64,000 nt of DNA, taken from positions 3,819-67,818 of the forward strand of contig CAKZKR010000069.1 of NCBI GenBank assembly GCA_937124615.1. Reading direction: 5' to 3'. Made by a program: the position numbers and the translations under genes. Numbering within the stretch: the stretch's first letter is position 1; every line of letters begins with the position of its first letter. This document shows, piece after piece, positions 1-10,800 of this stretch. The notes beneath the pieces were generated by a model. The model ran no database searches. It saw only the letters and a program-made list of their open reading frames with translations, and was not told the DNA's origin. The DNA is from an uncultured bacterium (lineage in GTDB: Bacteria; Hydrogenedentota; Hydrogenedentia; Hydrogenedentales; Hydrogenedentaceae).

Positions 1-2
1 AA

Positions 3-341
3 ATCTGTGAAGGGGTAAAAATTATTGGTTGCAGTGGAAGTAGGATTTCTGATCTAAACCATGTTCTTAAATCTGTAGAGGCAGGTTATCGTGATACAAA
101 TAGAAGTGTTGCGGCTATCGGCGGTCTTTTTTCTGCCCATGAAGGATTAAAGGCCGTAAAAGAAGCCCAATTTCCGGGGAAAATTGTTATCTACCCACAA
201 ATACTTGATTTACCATTAATACCTCTGGAAAAAATACCCGAAACACTGACCGAAGTAGGGCCATATCTTTCAGTAGACGGAACTTGGACACAACAAGCAG
301 AAGAAAAACTTTTGGAGAGGTATCTGCCATGGAACGACTAA
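3..341 (+). CDS. C-terminal fragment of a zinc-type medium-chain dehydrogenase (sorbitol/threonine-dehydrogenase-like); 5' end is outside the window
   Basis: Frame 3 is open from the window edge to TAA at 339-341. The translation ...GVKIIGCSGSRISDLNHVLKSVEAGYRDTNRSVAAIGGLFSAHEGLKAVKEAQFPGKIVIYP resembles an MDR-family C-terminal Rossmann region. It overlaps the next gene start by 13 nt. Confidence 0.4.
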   Translation: MCEGVKIIGCSGSRISDLNHVLKSVEAGYRDTNRSVAAIGGLFSAHEGLKAVKEAQFPGKIVIYPQILDLPLIPLEKIPETLTEVGPYLSVDGTWTQQAEEKLLERYLPWND

Positions 342-1117
342 AAGGTAGAAAAGCAATTGTAACAGGCTCCGCTCAAGGTTTGGGGGAAGCCATACTACAC
401 CGGCTGGCTCAAGAAGGGGCTGACGCAATAGGCTGGGATGTGAACATTGAAAAAATGAAGGAAACTGCAAAACGAATTGCAGAGACGACGGGGCGTAATG
501 TTTACGCCGAAAAGGTAGATATTACAGATTCAGAAATGGTCAAAAATGCCGTAGATAAAGCAGTTGAACTGCTTGGTGGATTGGATTTAATGGTATGCAA
601 TGCAGGAATCCTTATATCAGGAGACTCGACAACTTTCGATATTTCTGCATGGCGAAAAGTTATTGACATTGATTTAGTCGGTTATTTTATATGTGCCCGT
701 GAAGCCATACGCGTTATGCTACCCAACCGTTATGGAACTGTTATACAAATTAATTCCAAATCGGGCAAAAAAGGTAGTTTCAAAAATTCCGCTTATGCAG
801 CAGCCAAATTTGGCGGAATTGGTGTAACCCAGAGTTTAGCGTTAGAATTCGCAGAGTATGGAATTCGTGTAAATGCAATATGTCCTGGCAACTTATTAGA
901 TTCTCCTTTATGGACAGAGAGTTTATTTAAACAATATGCAAAAAATCAAGGGATTACAGAAGAAGAGGTGCGTCAAAAATATATTGACCAAGTCCCTATG
1001 AAACGACCTTGTAGATATGAAGATGTATGTAATGTGGTAGTATTTTTAGCCAGTGATGAAGCCGGTTATATGACAGGACAGGCAATCAATGTTACAGGCG
1101 GTCAAGAAATGCGTTAA
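329..1117 (+). CDS. Short-chain dehydrogenase/reductase (SDR) family oxidoreductase
   Basis: Gly-rich dinucleotide motif TGSAQGLG near the N-terminus. NAG(I) motif CNAGI. Catalytic S...YxxxK present as SAYAAAK. I chose the ATG at 329 (MERLKGRKAIVTG) over the track start at 284. Confidence 0.8.
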   Translation: MERLKGRKAIVTGSAQGLGEAILHRLAQEGADAIGWDVNIEKMKETAKRIAETTGRNVYAEKVDITDSEMVKNAVDKAVELLGGLDLMVCNAGILISGDSTTFDISAWRKVIDIDLVGYFICAREAIRVMLPNRYGTVIQINSKSGKKGSFKNSAYAAAKFGGIGVTQSLALEFAEYGIRVNAICPGNLLDSPLWTESLFKQYAKNQGITEEEVRQKYIDQVPMKRPCRYEDVCNVVVFLASDEAGYMTGQAINVTGGQEMR

Positions 1118-1205
1118 GTTTATATTTTGTTTCATATGAAGCGTTATAATTTAATATTTAGGCAATTTTTAATTAAACCTCTATATAAATATAAGGACTC
1201 TGAAA

Positions 1206-2510
1206 ATGAAAAACACATTCATTGTTATATTTTTAGCAACACATGTTCTATTCCTTTGTTTTTCTGTATTTGCAGTTGGTAAAAATAAGGGAAAAGATAT
1301 GCTATATGTAGGTTCTGCTAAAAAAATTGTCACTCCTGACCCATTATTACCCGTATCTGGAGGAGTAGGAACTCCTGAACCCGCAGAGAAAAAAATCGGG
1401 GATTTATTTGCCCGAGCAATGGTGATGAAAAAAGGAGATGTATCGGTAGCCATTGTAAGTCTTGACTTTTTGGGATGGTCATCTGCTTTAGCGGACAAAA
1501 TTCGTGCAAAGGTTCCTCAAATTCCACCCGAGAATATCCTTGTCGGAGTTACACATACCCACAGCGCCCCGGAAACTTATGGATTTGTTGACGAGAAAGG
1601 GAACTGTTCCGCTGATTTGAAATATCTTGATTGGGTATGTCAGCAAGCAGGAGAAGCCCTCAACGAAGCATATAAGAATATGAAACCAGCATATTTGAAA
1701 ATCGTCATGGGCGAAGTAAAAGGGAAAATCGCCTATAACTATTATGCGGATGAGTTATATGACCGCCGTTGTAGTGTTTTACAAGCCATTTCAGCAGAAA
1801 AGAAAACAGAAGGGAAACCAATTGTAACTCTGGTTAATTATGCTATTCACCCGGAGATAATCGGAGATAGTCAGAAGATTTTATCCCCAGACCTCTGTGG
1901 ACCTTTATACGACAAAATCGAGACAGAAACGGGGGGAATGGCTATTTTTATGAATAGCGCTCAAGGTGGAATGGTAACAGCTGATTGCCGGGGACCTAAT
2001 GGAGATATCCAGACATGGGAAGAATGCATCCGCATTGGGGAATTGTTAGCCAGTGAGGCACTGCGAATAATCAAGGATGCTCCCGTTCAGAAAAATCCGA
2101 CATTACATTGTACAAATACCTCTGTGGAGTTTCCGATTGATTCACCATTACTCCGTATGGTTCTGAAAAACTCACCAATCCAATATCCAATAACAGATAA
2201 AAATACAATACCTACGAAGATTAATCTTATAAATCTTGGAACAGCCCAGATAGTAACGATACCCGGTGAGGCTTTGCCTAATATCGGTTTCTACTTAAAA
2301 CGCAAAATGCCTACTCCTCACCCGTTTTTATTTGGCCTAACAAACGACGCCTTCGGTTATATTCTTACCAAAGTGGATTGGAACAGTTTCCCGAGGTACA
2401 ATTATATTTCTCGCACCTGTTTAGGAGAGATGACTGGCGAAATTCTTATTGACACGATATTGAAACTCATTCAACAATCCCCGAAGCCTGACCCTATTGA
2501 AAAACAATAA
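1206..2510 (+). CDS. Secreted neutral/alkaline-ceramidase-like hydrolase (N-terminal ceramidase domain only)
   Basis: N-terminal signal peptide. LFARAMVM and VGVTHTHSAPE resemble the conserved LYARAF and HTHSGP blocks of neutral ceramidases. At 434 aa it is shorter than canonical enzymes. Confidence 0.5.
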   Translation: MKNTFIVIFLATHVLFLCFSVFAVGKNKGKDMLYVGSAKKIVTPDPLLPVSGGVGTPEPAEKKIGDLFARAMVMKKGDVSVAIVSLDFLGWSSALADKIRAKVPQIPPENILVGVTHTHSAPETYGFVDEKGNCSADLKYLDWVCQQAGEALNEAYKNMKPAYLKIVMGEVKGKIAYNYYADELYDRRCSVLQAISAEKKTEGKPIVTLVNYAIHPEIIGDSQKILSPDLCGPLYDKIETETGGMAIFMNSAQGGMVTADCRGPNGDIQTWEECIRIGELLASEALRIIKDAPVQKNPTLHCTNTSVEFPIDSPLLRMVLKNSPIQYPITDKNTIPTKINLINLGTAQIVTIPGEALPNIGFYLKRKMPTPHPFLFGLTNDAFGYILTKVDWNSFPRYNYISRTCLGEMTGEILIDTILKLIQQSPKPDPIEKQ

Positions 2511-2517
2511 AAGGTAA

Positions 2518-4677
2518 ATGGAATTATTTAAAATAGAACCACTTGACAATAACCCAAAACAGCCTTATCTTCTCGCTGTTGATAGTCTCTACCTATTGTT
2601 TATACTAATTCTGGGATTTATCTTAAGAAGTTATAATATTGCTTCCCTCTCGCTCTGGATTGATGAATTCGTTACTACTTACAAGTTATATCAAACGAAA
2701 TCATATACCGATTTTTTAAATTTTTTTAATGCATATCAAGCAGACCAAGTTCCCTTATCACACTTAATCTACTATACTATTTTCCAGCTTCTTTCTTTGC
2801 CCATTACTGACATTGAAAAACTTCGCTGGGTATCCGTATTTATCAGCACAATTAATCTTATACTGTTTTTTATATTTGTAAAGTTATCCTTTGATAAGAA
2901 AACCGCCCTTTGGGCAACCTTGCTATTGGCACTCTCCCCATTTCATATCCTGTTCGCACAGATGATTCGTCCCTACATTTTTTATGAATTCACAGGGTTA
3001 TCTTCACTGCTATCAACACTACTACTCTTTAGAAAACTTACTTATCTCCGGGGATGTATTTGGATATTAACAAGCACACTTTTATTTATCTCCCACTATA
3101 TGGGGGTCATACTTATATTTATTGAGGTTTTCTTCTTAACAATATACTTTCTAAAAGAAAATAAAAGACTCTTTTTGTTATTTCCTTTTATCATATGTGT
3201 AACTATTTTTTTTATTTTCCATTTTTTTGCAATGCGGGCTATTCCTATTTATACAAAAGCTGATAATTATATTATGGGAATTCCACCATTCAATAAATGG
3301 CTTACTGATTTGTTGGCTGATGATGCCATACTTACCAATGAACCTTTTTTCCACCAAGGACAGACATATGCTTTTATCCCGTCTTATTGGATGAGGGAAC
3401 TTGCCAATCTACACTCCTGGTTCGACGCTTTGCTTATCTTTTTCTCACTCTTTTCTATCCTGTATGTGCTCATCCCTTTATATTTAAAATGGCAAAACGA
3501 GTATCACAAGAAAAGAAAAGGAGCATTTGTTTGTCTTTTTTTCCCCTTCTGGTTTCTTCTTTCACAACCTATTATATCTTTCCTTCTAACAATTGTCTTT
3601 GCTCCTATTCTTGTTTTGACTATCCTTTCTCTTTTTATTTGGCCCTGTATGCAAACAAGGTATACCCTTTACTGTTCCTTTGCAGTTTATGCTTTAATTG
3701 CTTACACAGTCACTAATATAGACCATATAAAAGTTAGAAGAATGTTATTGGCATGGCTTCTTTTAGCTTTCTCATACCAAGCCTTTATTTCTTTAACCTC
3801 ACAGAAAACAACGGACTTCATTAATGCAGGAAAGATTATTTCAGAAAAAAGGACACCGGATGAGCCCATACTTGCATGGGGAATATTCTATATCAACGCC
3901 CCAATAACAAATGAAATACTTGCTTATTATTCCAAAATACCTAATGAAAAAATAGTTCCTGTGTATAGTTTTTCAGATACCATAAACTGTTTGAAAAATC
4001 TTTTTGTTGAGAAACAAAAACAAAGTGCATGGCTTGTTATTGAAAGATATGTCTTTAAATTCCCTGATGAAAATTTTATAGATACCTATCTCTATAAATC
4101 AGGAGTTGCATTTACAAAAACATTTCTACCGGGCATGAACGGTCTATGGCTATATCATCTAAGCAACAACCCAAACTCTTTTAAAGATGTTGAAAACATT
4201 CCTGAGTTTATAGATTATACACCTTTCCATGATATTTTAAAAAGGGTAAAGGTACCCAATGATATTTTCAAAAAAGCAAAGCAACAACTACCTAATTTTA
4301 TTGATTTTTATCATCCTCCAACCCCTCTGATATGGAACTATCTTGCATGGTGTGCTTTGGACAGAGGGGAAATACAACTTGCGGAATGGTTTGCCCGATG
4401 TGCAATCGACCTTCAACCCCAAAGTCCATGGGGATATCACTCACTCACTATTAGCCTTATGGAACAAAATTGTAAAGAAGAAGCCTTAAATATGATGGAA
4501 AAATGCCTAAATAATGACCCTACGGGTATCCACAAGGAACATTTTCTTCCAATCATAAATAGCCTCTACATTACTGAAAATCAAAATTTGGCAAAAAAAC
4601 TAATAATAGAAGTTGAGGGAAAAGGTGGATTTGTTAGTTCTTTTTATAAAAGAAAGACAGGAATTCTCCTTTACTAA
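2518..4677 (+). CDS. GT-C fold glycosyltransferase (PMT / ArnT / GT39-GT83-like) with a C-terminal TPR-like soluble domain
   Basis: About 11-12 predicted TM helices. DE-type motif in the first loop (LWIDEF). The C-terminal 200 aa is helical-repeat-like (LAWCALDRGEIQLAEWFARCAIDLQPQSPWGY...). Confidence 0.6.
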   Translation: MELFKIEPLDNNPKQPYLLAVDSLYLLFILILGFILRSYNIASLSLWIDEFVTTYKLYQTKSYTDFLNFFNAYQADQVPLSHLIYYTIFQLLSLPITDIEKLRWVSVFISTINLILFFIFVKLSFDKKTALWATLLLALSPFHILFAQMIRPYIFYEFTGLSSLLSTLLLFRKLTYLRGCIWILTSTLLFISHYMGVILIFIEVFFLTIYFLKENKRLFLLFPFIICVTIFFIFHFFAMRAIPIYTKADNYIMGIPPFNKWLTDLLADDAILTNEPFFHQGQTYAFIPSYWMRELANLHSWFDALLIFFSLFSILYVLIPLYLKWQNEYHKKRKGAFVCLFFPFWFLLSQPIISFLLTIVFAPILVLTILSLFIWPCMQTRYTLYCSFAVYALIAYTVTNIDHIKVRRMLLAWLLLAFSYQAFISLTSQKTTDFINAGKIISEKRTPDEPILAWGIFYINAPITNEILAYYSKIPNEKIVPVYSFSDTINCLKNLFVEKQKQSAWLVIERYVFKFPDENFIDTYLYKSGVAFTKTFLPGMNGLWLYHLSNNPNSFKDVENIPEFIDYTPFHDILKRVKVPNDIFKKAKQQLPNFIDFYHPPTPLIWNYLAWCALDRGEIQLAEWFARCAIDLQPQSPWGYHSLTISLMEQNCKEEALNMMEKCLNNDPTGIHKEHFLPIINSLYITENQNLAKKLIIEVEGKGGFVSSFYKRKTGILLY

Positions 4678-4698
4678 AACAACCTTGAAAGGGACTTT

Positions 4699-6165
4699 AT
4701 GAACAAATATTTCGTTGAATTTCTATGTATCCTATCTCTCACTTTTACAACTTTTGCCCAAATAGAAAAGAAAGATGAGCCTTTTATTGTAGAACATTTT
4801 GCTATTTCTATTCTCAAATTTGGGGCTGTTGGAGATGGAAAAACAGTATGCACACAATCTATTCAAAAAGCCATTGATACAGTCTCAGAACAGGGAGGTG
4901 GATTTGTAGTCGTTCCACCGGGAATATTTCTTACAGGCACGATTGTATTGAAAAATGATGTGATTTTATATCTTAGTCCGGGAAGTATGTTGATAAGTAG
5001 CACAAAAATTGATGATTTCCCAGAGATGATACCCTCTTATCGTTCTTACACAGATAATTATTCGCAAAGGGCATTAATTTACGCGGAAAACCAAAAGAAT
5101 ATTGGCATTGTTGGATATGGAAAAATTCACGGACAAGGAGAACTATTTAAGGAAGATGAAAATAGAAAATATAAGTTTCGCCCTTACCTCATCCGTTTAG
5201 TGGAATGTAAAGAAATAAATTTGGAGGGGGTTACTTACGAAAATGGGGCCATGTGGACGATTCATCTACTCGCATGCGAAAATGTTCGCTGTTCTAACAT
5301 TCGCATTTATAGCAGATGCAATCATAATAATGACGGTATTGACATAGACTCTTGTGAAAATGTTGCCGTTAGCGATTGTCATATTGTATCAGGAGATGAT
5401 TCTATCGTTCTCAAAAGCACCTCTCCAAAACCCTGCAGAAATATTACGATAACTAATTGCATATTGAGTTCTCTATGTAATGCCCTAAAAATGGGAACCG
5501 AATCTAATGGAGGATTTCAAAATATCTCCATCAGTAATTGCACAATTTATGATACTCATCTTTCAGGGTTAACGATTCAAACTGTAGATGGTGGAACAAC
5601 GGAGAATATTGTCATTAACAACATTTCTATGCAGAATGTCAGATGTCCGATTTTTATCCGTTTAGGAAATCGGGCTCGTCCATGCTGTCCCGACCAACCT
5701 GCTCCGGGCATGGGGACAATGAAAAGGATAATTATTTCAAACATAGTAGGAACAGGGGCAGATTCCACAGGCTGTGCCATTTCCGGAATCCCAGGACACG
5801 ACATTGAAGAAATCACCTTAAGAAATATTAATTTATCTTTCAAAGAAGGTATCGAAAAACCTATCGATATTCCCCAAGAAAATGAACAATCCTATCCTGA
5901 ATACAAGATGTTCGGGACTTTACCTGCTTACGGTTTCTTCATAAGACATGTAAAAGGTATATTTTTAGAGAATATTAATCTACGAAGTGAACAAAAGGAT
6001 AACCGCCCTGCCATCTTCTTAACCGATGTAAAAACACCCATCATCACACATCTCTACCTATTCAATGAACGAGAGACGGGAAAGTCTATCACTTTCGATA
6101 ATTGTTCTAATATCAATGTAAAAGAGATGTACTTAAATGGAATGCCTCAGCAAACTCATTTCTAA
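4699..6165 (+). CDS. Secreted right-handed beta-helix glycoside hydrolase, GH28 (polygalacturonase/rhamnogalacturonase-like)
   Basis: Signal peptide. N-terminal GAVGDGKTVCTQSIQKAID resembles the Pectate_lyase_3/GH28 N-terminus. GH28-like catalytic blocks NNDGIDID, SGDDSIVLKS and ALKMGTES. Confidence 0.75.
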   Translation: MNKYFVEFLCILSLTFTTFAQIEKKDEPFIVEHFAISILKFGAVGDGKTVCTQSIQKAIDTVSEQGGGFVVVPPGIFLTGTIVLKNDVILYLSPGSMLISSTKIDDFPEMIPSYRSYTDNYSQRALIYAENQKNIGIVGYGKIHGQGELFKEDENRKYKFRPYLIRLVECKEINLEGVTYENGAMWTIHLLACENVRCSNIRIYSRCNHNNDGIDIDSCENVAVSDCHIVSGDDSIVLKSTSPKPCRNITITNCILSSLCNALKMGTESNGGFQNISISNCTIYDTHLSGLTIQTVDGGTTENIVINNISMQNVRCPIFIRLGNRARPCCPDQPAPGMGTMKRIIISNIVGTGADSTGCAISGIPGHDIEEITLRNINLSFKEGIEKPIDIPQENEQSYPEYKMFGTLPAYGFFIRHVKGIFLENINLRSEQKDNRPAIFLTDVKTPIITHLYLFNERETGKSITFDNCSNINVKEMYLNGMPQQTHF

Positions 6166-6230
6166 TCAAAATTTCCCCTCAGTTCACTTCCGCACTTTAA
6201 TTATGCTTTTTCATTTATAATTATGGAACT

Positions 6231-7808
6231 ATGATGAACATTGTAAAAAATATCATTAGAACAGACGAGGACCGAAAACAGGTTCGAATATTTTTACTTC
6301 TTGATTTTCTATATGTATCTCTTGTGTTTCTTTGGATTATTTTTTTACCTTTTTCGGGTTCAGATTTTTTATGGTTTCACAAGACATTTTTTAGCCAACC
6401 TCTACAAGGCCCCGACACCTCAATTCTACATACAATTTTTTCATTTAGTTCCTTTATTTTCCGGTTGTTGAATTTTGTACTTCTCTATATCATTATGCTA
6501 CTTCTATTTTTCATCACCCGATTTCTTACAGAGGGTCCTTGGTGGTTGGGTTCTCTTTCGGCCGTACTATTTATGGCACATCCGATAGTCCAACCTCATA
6601 TCGTACACATAAACGGATATGAAACGCTCTTTCCACTTTTGATTACTATACTTCCGTTGTTTATTTTTGCATACTTTGCTTATACTCAAATCCATCTTTC
6701 ATTTCTGATTATATGTTTTTCTATTCTTGCAATGTTGATTAGTCCTTTATCTCCACCCCTAATAATAATTATTGGGCTGGGAGTTCTTATTTCTAAAAAT
6801 GGTCATGAAACAATATCACAAAAAAATTTATTCACCGGCTTTTTTCTTATATTAATTTCTTTCTTCTTTTTTTATATTAACCAGCAGGATTACCGACTGT
6901 TATGGGACTTTGTTCCGCAATTATCCCTGTTGATTTATCCTATTGGCTGGCTATCGGAAACACAAGTAAAGTATAACCATTCCCAAACTATGCCCATTTT
7001 ATATGGAGTGGGTTGCATTTTGCTCCTCACATTTATCTCATGGAAAATAAGAAAGAGATATATCACTCTTTTACTATGGGGAACAGTCCTATTAAGCATG
7101 TTTTCTTTTTCTGAAAAAATACATCTTTCACAACCTTTACAAAATCCTTCCACATTAAATCCACTTGTTCCATTTTGTTTAGCAATCTCAAGCCTTTGCG
7201 GGATAATCCAAAAGCAACCCCGATGGAAAACAAGTATTGTTAAGATTACAACACTACTTTGTATTATTATGATGGGTGGTCAAATATTCCTCAATGGTCT
7301 TTATATATATAGTGCTATTCAAGAACAAAAAATAACAGAAAAGATATTAAAAGAGGTGGAGAAAAATAATATAGACGAATTCATTCTTTTCCCTTCCTCT
7401 ATGGAATACCGTTGGCACACCCTTAACATTTTTGCTGTGTTGATAAAAAACAAATTTACCCCTAATTCCTCACTTCATTCAATTAAAGTAATTCCTTTTT
7501 GCAAACTGTATTTAGCTAATAACCCCAATGTAACTGTTCGACACCATTGTTTCAATGGAAATTCACTCGCACTGTCAATTTATCCAATTCATACTGAGGA
7601 TACCGTCATTTACCCTTCGGAATCTATGCTACCAGCACAACAAAGAGAAACAAAATTTATCAATTATAAAAACAATTCCATAGTAGAGTTTTTGAAGGAA
7701 GAGCAATCTGAAAATATTCTGATTACCGCGACGGACAAAAAATTAAGTAAATTTCTCTTTTTATGGGATAATACAGAAAAAACTTATAACTTGTTTATTT
7801 GTGAATGA
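6231..7808 (+). CDS. Polytopic membrane protein (more than 10 TM) with a roughly 170-aa C-terminal soluble tail; possibly a second GT-C-like or polymerase-like component
   Basis: Long hydrophobic segments throughout. No recognisable catalytic motif. Tightly packed between the GH28 gene and the giant gene. Confidence 0.45.
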   Translation: MMNIVKNIIRTDEDRKQVRIFLLLDFLYVSLVFLWIIFLPFSGSDFLWFHKTFFSQPLQGPDTSILHTIFSFSSFIFRLLNFVLLYIIMLLLFFITRFLTEGPWWLGSLSAVLFMAHPIVQPHIVHINGYETLFPLLITILPLFIFAYFAYTQIHLSFLIICFSILAMLISPLSPPLIIIIGLGVLISKNGHETISQKNLFTGFFLILISFFFFYINQQDYRLLWDFVPQLSLLIYPIGWLSETQVKYNHSQTMPILYGVGCILLLTFISWKIRKRYITLLLWGTVLLSMFSFSEKIHLSQPLQNPSTLNPLVPFCLAISSLCGIIQKQPRWKTSIVKITTLLCIIMMGGQIFLNGLYIYSAIQEQKITEKILKEVEKNNIDEFILFPSSMEYRWHTLNIFAVLIKNKFTPNSSLHSIKVIPFCKLYLANNPNVTVRHHCFNGNSLALSIYPIHTEDTVIYPSESMLPAQQRETKFINYKNNSIVEFLKEEQSENILITATDKKLSKFLFLWDNTEKTYNLFICE

Positions 7809-10800
7809 AATGAAGAAAAATATTATTCATTCATTATCAGAGTTATTTACTCTCTTTATCTTTTATTTTTTCATAACAATTCCCCTCACTGCTCAGGAAC
7901 CTTTGCCTGATATATTACAACGAGGGTATATTTCACAATGGCTCGTATGCGGTCCCTTTCCTTCAGACCTCAGCAAAGGTATAAGAAACGCTATCCGAAA
8001 TAATGAGTCTCCCTTAGGGACTCGAGATTTTTGGACAAGCAAAGGAGGAATAACCCAACTTTTGCCTCAAGTTGGTGAGAAAGTTGACATTGACGGAATT
8101 ACATATACCTGGCTGCCGTTTACCGTGAAAAGTCCGGGGATTAATTTTTATACATTGCAACCGCCTGAAGAATGTATTTTCTACCTTTCCGCATATGTTC
8201 AGGTCCCTGATGACCAAGTTGTCTACATAAATCTGCAAACACCCTTGGGAGCACGCCTCTGGATTAGCAAAACTTTAATAAGAGATGTCAAGGCAATGCC
8301 TGTGGAACATCTGGGAATAGACCGTGCTCTGGTTCGATTAAGGAAAGGACTCAATCTTTTTGTAATACAAGTTCCTTTCTTATCTATCCAATCTATAAAT
8401 GATATAACAGGAATTCCCATCAACGAAATCCCAACCAAACTCTGGTCGCAAAAGGAACCTAACATTGGCCAAACAGGTTATGAATTGACTTTTCACATTC
8501 ATCCAATAGAGCCTGCAGGTTCAATTTTTTATGTTCCCCTCCTTGAATCCTCTCGAAAATTTACAGGTTCAGGGGTAGACCCCAAACAGGTATTTTACCT
8601 CACTATATACAACCCGACTTCAAAACAAATTTTCCCGGTAGATATTAATGCCTGGGTCATGCCTCTAAACTTTTCACTTCCTTCCCAACAAATCTCATTA
8701 CAACCCCAAGAAGAAATTCGTCTCCCCATCCAAATACCAAATAAGACACGCAAAGAAAATGAAAAAATAAATGTTCGGATGTTAATTACCGCACCTAATG
8801 AACAAGGCGAAAAAAAGACATCTGAATTTTTAGCACAGATAAACTTATTAGAAACCGAGCCCTTAAGTAAAACCTACCTTCTCACAGGAACATGGGGAAA
8901 ACCGAGAAATGGAAACGACATTTCCGAATATTTTCACTGGAAAAAAGAAGCCTGCAAAACACAAATATGGACTGCTTATGAGTATCCGGAATATGGCACG
9001 GACATAGGCAGTGGAAATCTTTGGCTGTCTATGTTAAGCGAGAATCCGGAAATGTTAGTCCATTCAAGGGAAACTTTGGCACGCGGGAAAAGCACCGCAC
9101 AAAATATCTTCTCCCCCATTGATGAGCGACTGGTATCAATAGAAACTATCCTTATGAATATTTTAATAGGGACCAAATTGAAAGAGGGCATTTGGAAAGA
9201 ATTCAACAAATCGTTTATTGCTTGGGACTATCCTTACTTAACGCCGCAAACTTCCCACATTATTAACAAGTCCCATTTCAAAGGGATTCTTTTTAACCTA
9301 TCCAATTACTTAACACCTCCGCTTGCATTTCTAAGAGAACCCACTGGAAACTCCGTCATGGTGCGAACATTAGAGACACCACCGTCATTCCGAAATTTTC
9401 AGGAAATCAAGAAATGGGCTTACATATCCCATAAAGAAATCGAATCTTTAATTCCAGAAATTGATGTCTTATTACTCGAAAATACCTCTTCTCATTTAAA
9501 TACAAACATCTTGCCGGAATTAAAAAACGAAGTGCCACCTTTTTACTTTTATAGCATAGGGTCTTCTGAATTTTTTGAAGAGATTCAAGACTTTTTGTAC
9601 TCGCGTAATGAAATTGATAGGATTCCACATATCTTCCAGCCTCTTTATTCAAAAGAGGAACTACCGGACCTTCTCTCTAATTCTTTTCTCAAAACCTGCC
9701 TGTACCAGTTTGAAGAAAACCTTACGCTATCCCAGATAACCTCCACGATTGCAAGCATATTCGGAATGTCTTATCCCGATGAATTGATAACCCGATTATG
9801 GACACTGTTATTACAAATTGCAGAACCTAACATCATAAACGCTCACCTAACTGACAATGAGATAACCTCTCTTTTGTTTCAATTCAGCACAGGCATCCAT
9901 GATACCGAAAAGATAATACAGCAAACCATGAAATACATTGCAGAAACCACCAACACACTAACGCATATAGCGGACAACAAACAAAACTCTCACGCAGTCG
10001 TCGTTTTAAATCCCAACTCTACTGTCAAAAGTTTACCTGTCATTGCAAATGTTCCTATCCCGAATACAAACTATTCGCTTATGACCTTCGATGGGAAACC
10101 CGTTCCCTTCCATTTACATACAGTTCGACAAGAAACTTCCTCTATTGTCACATATCAAATAGAATTTATTGCAGAAGAAATACCTCCATTAGGTATTAAA
10201 ACATTTTATTTAGTTCCTGAAAATAAACCTTCTTTACCTGTTAAAGCATCGGATAATTTCATTGAAAATGATTTTCTTCTACTCCGAATAAATACTAAAA
10301 CAGGGAACATTTCACAAATTATTGATAAAACAACAGGAAAAGATATTATACCTCCTGAAAATAATTTTGACATAGTAGGTTTCGCAAAGCCAGATAAAAG
10401 AAACTTCAAGCCTTTTTCAGAAACACTTACAAAATATGAAACATATAAATCTGATTTATTACAACGCATTACCATCCAGTTTGAAAATCAGAACGGTACC
10501 CTAACCAAAGAATACTGTGTATATCAAAAAGTCCCACGAATTTTTTGCTTTCATAATTATTCTCCTCCTCCAAAACTACCTGAGGAGACAATCACTTCCG
10601 CCTTTCCAACTCTGGATGATAATACTGTCGCCATATATGGCTCTCAATCTTTTGCTTTCTCTGCACCGCCCCTAAACTCAGACGGTGGAGACGGGAGTTC
10701 TCTATTTTTTGCACATCGTTTCTTTGCAAAAAGTCCGGGCGATTACATCAAGAATGAAGAGAATTTAGCTATACCTCTTACGAATGTAAACTTTATCAAA

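Noticed and set aside
1181-1498. 105-aa minus-strand ORF overlapping the start of the ceramidase-like gene
   Set aside because: It overlaps the signal-peptide region of a better-supported + strand gene. No motif.
3387-3716. 109-aa alternative-frame ORF inside the GT-C gene. Similar embedded ORFs at 28483-28905 (in floA), 53033-53759 (in flgI) and 54059-55567 (in flgH/flgA)
   Set aside because: Each lies wholly within a longer ORF that has clear homology signatures. No independent start signals.
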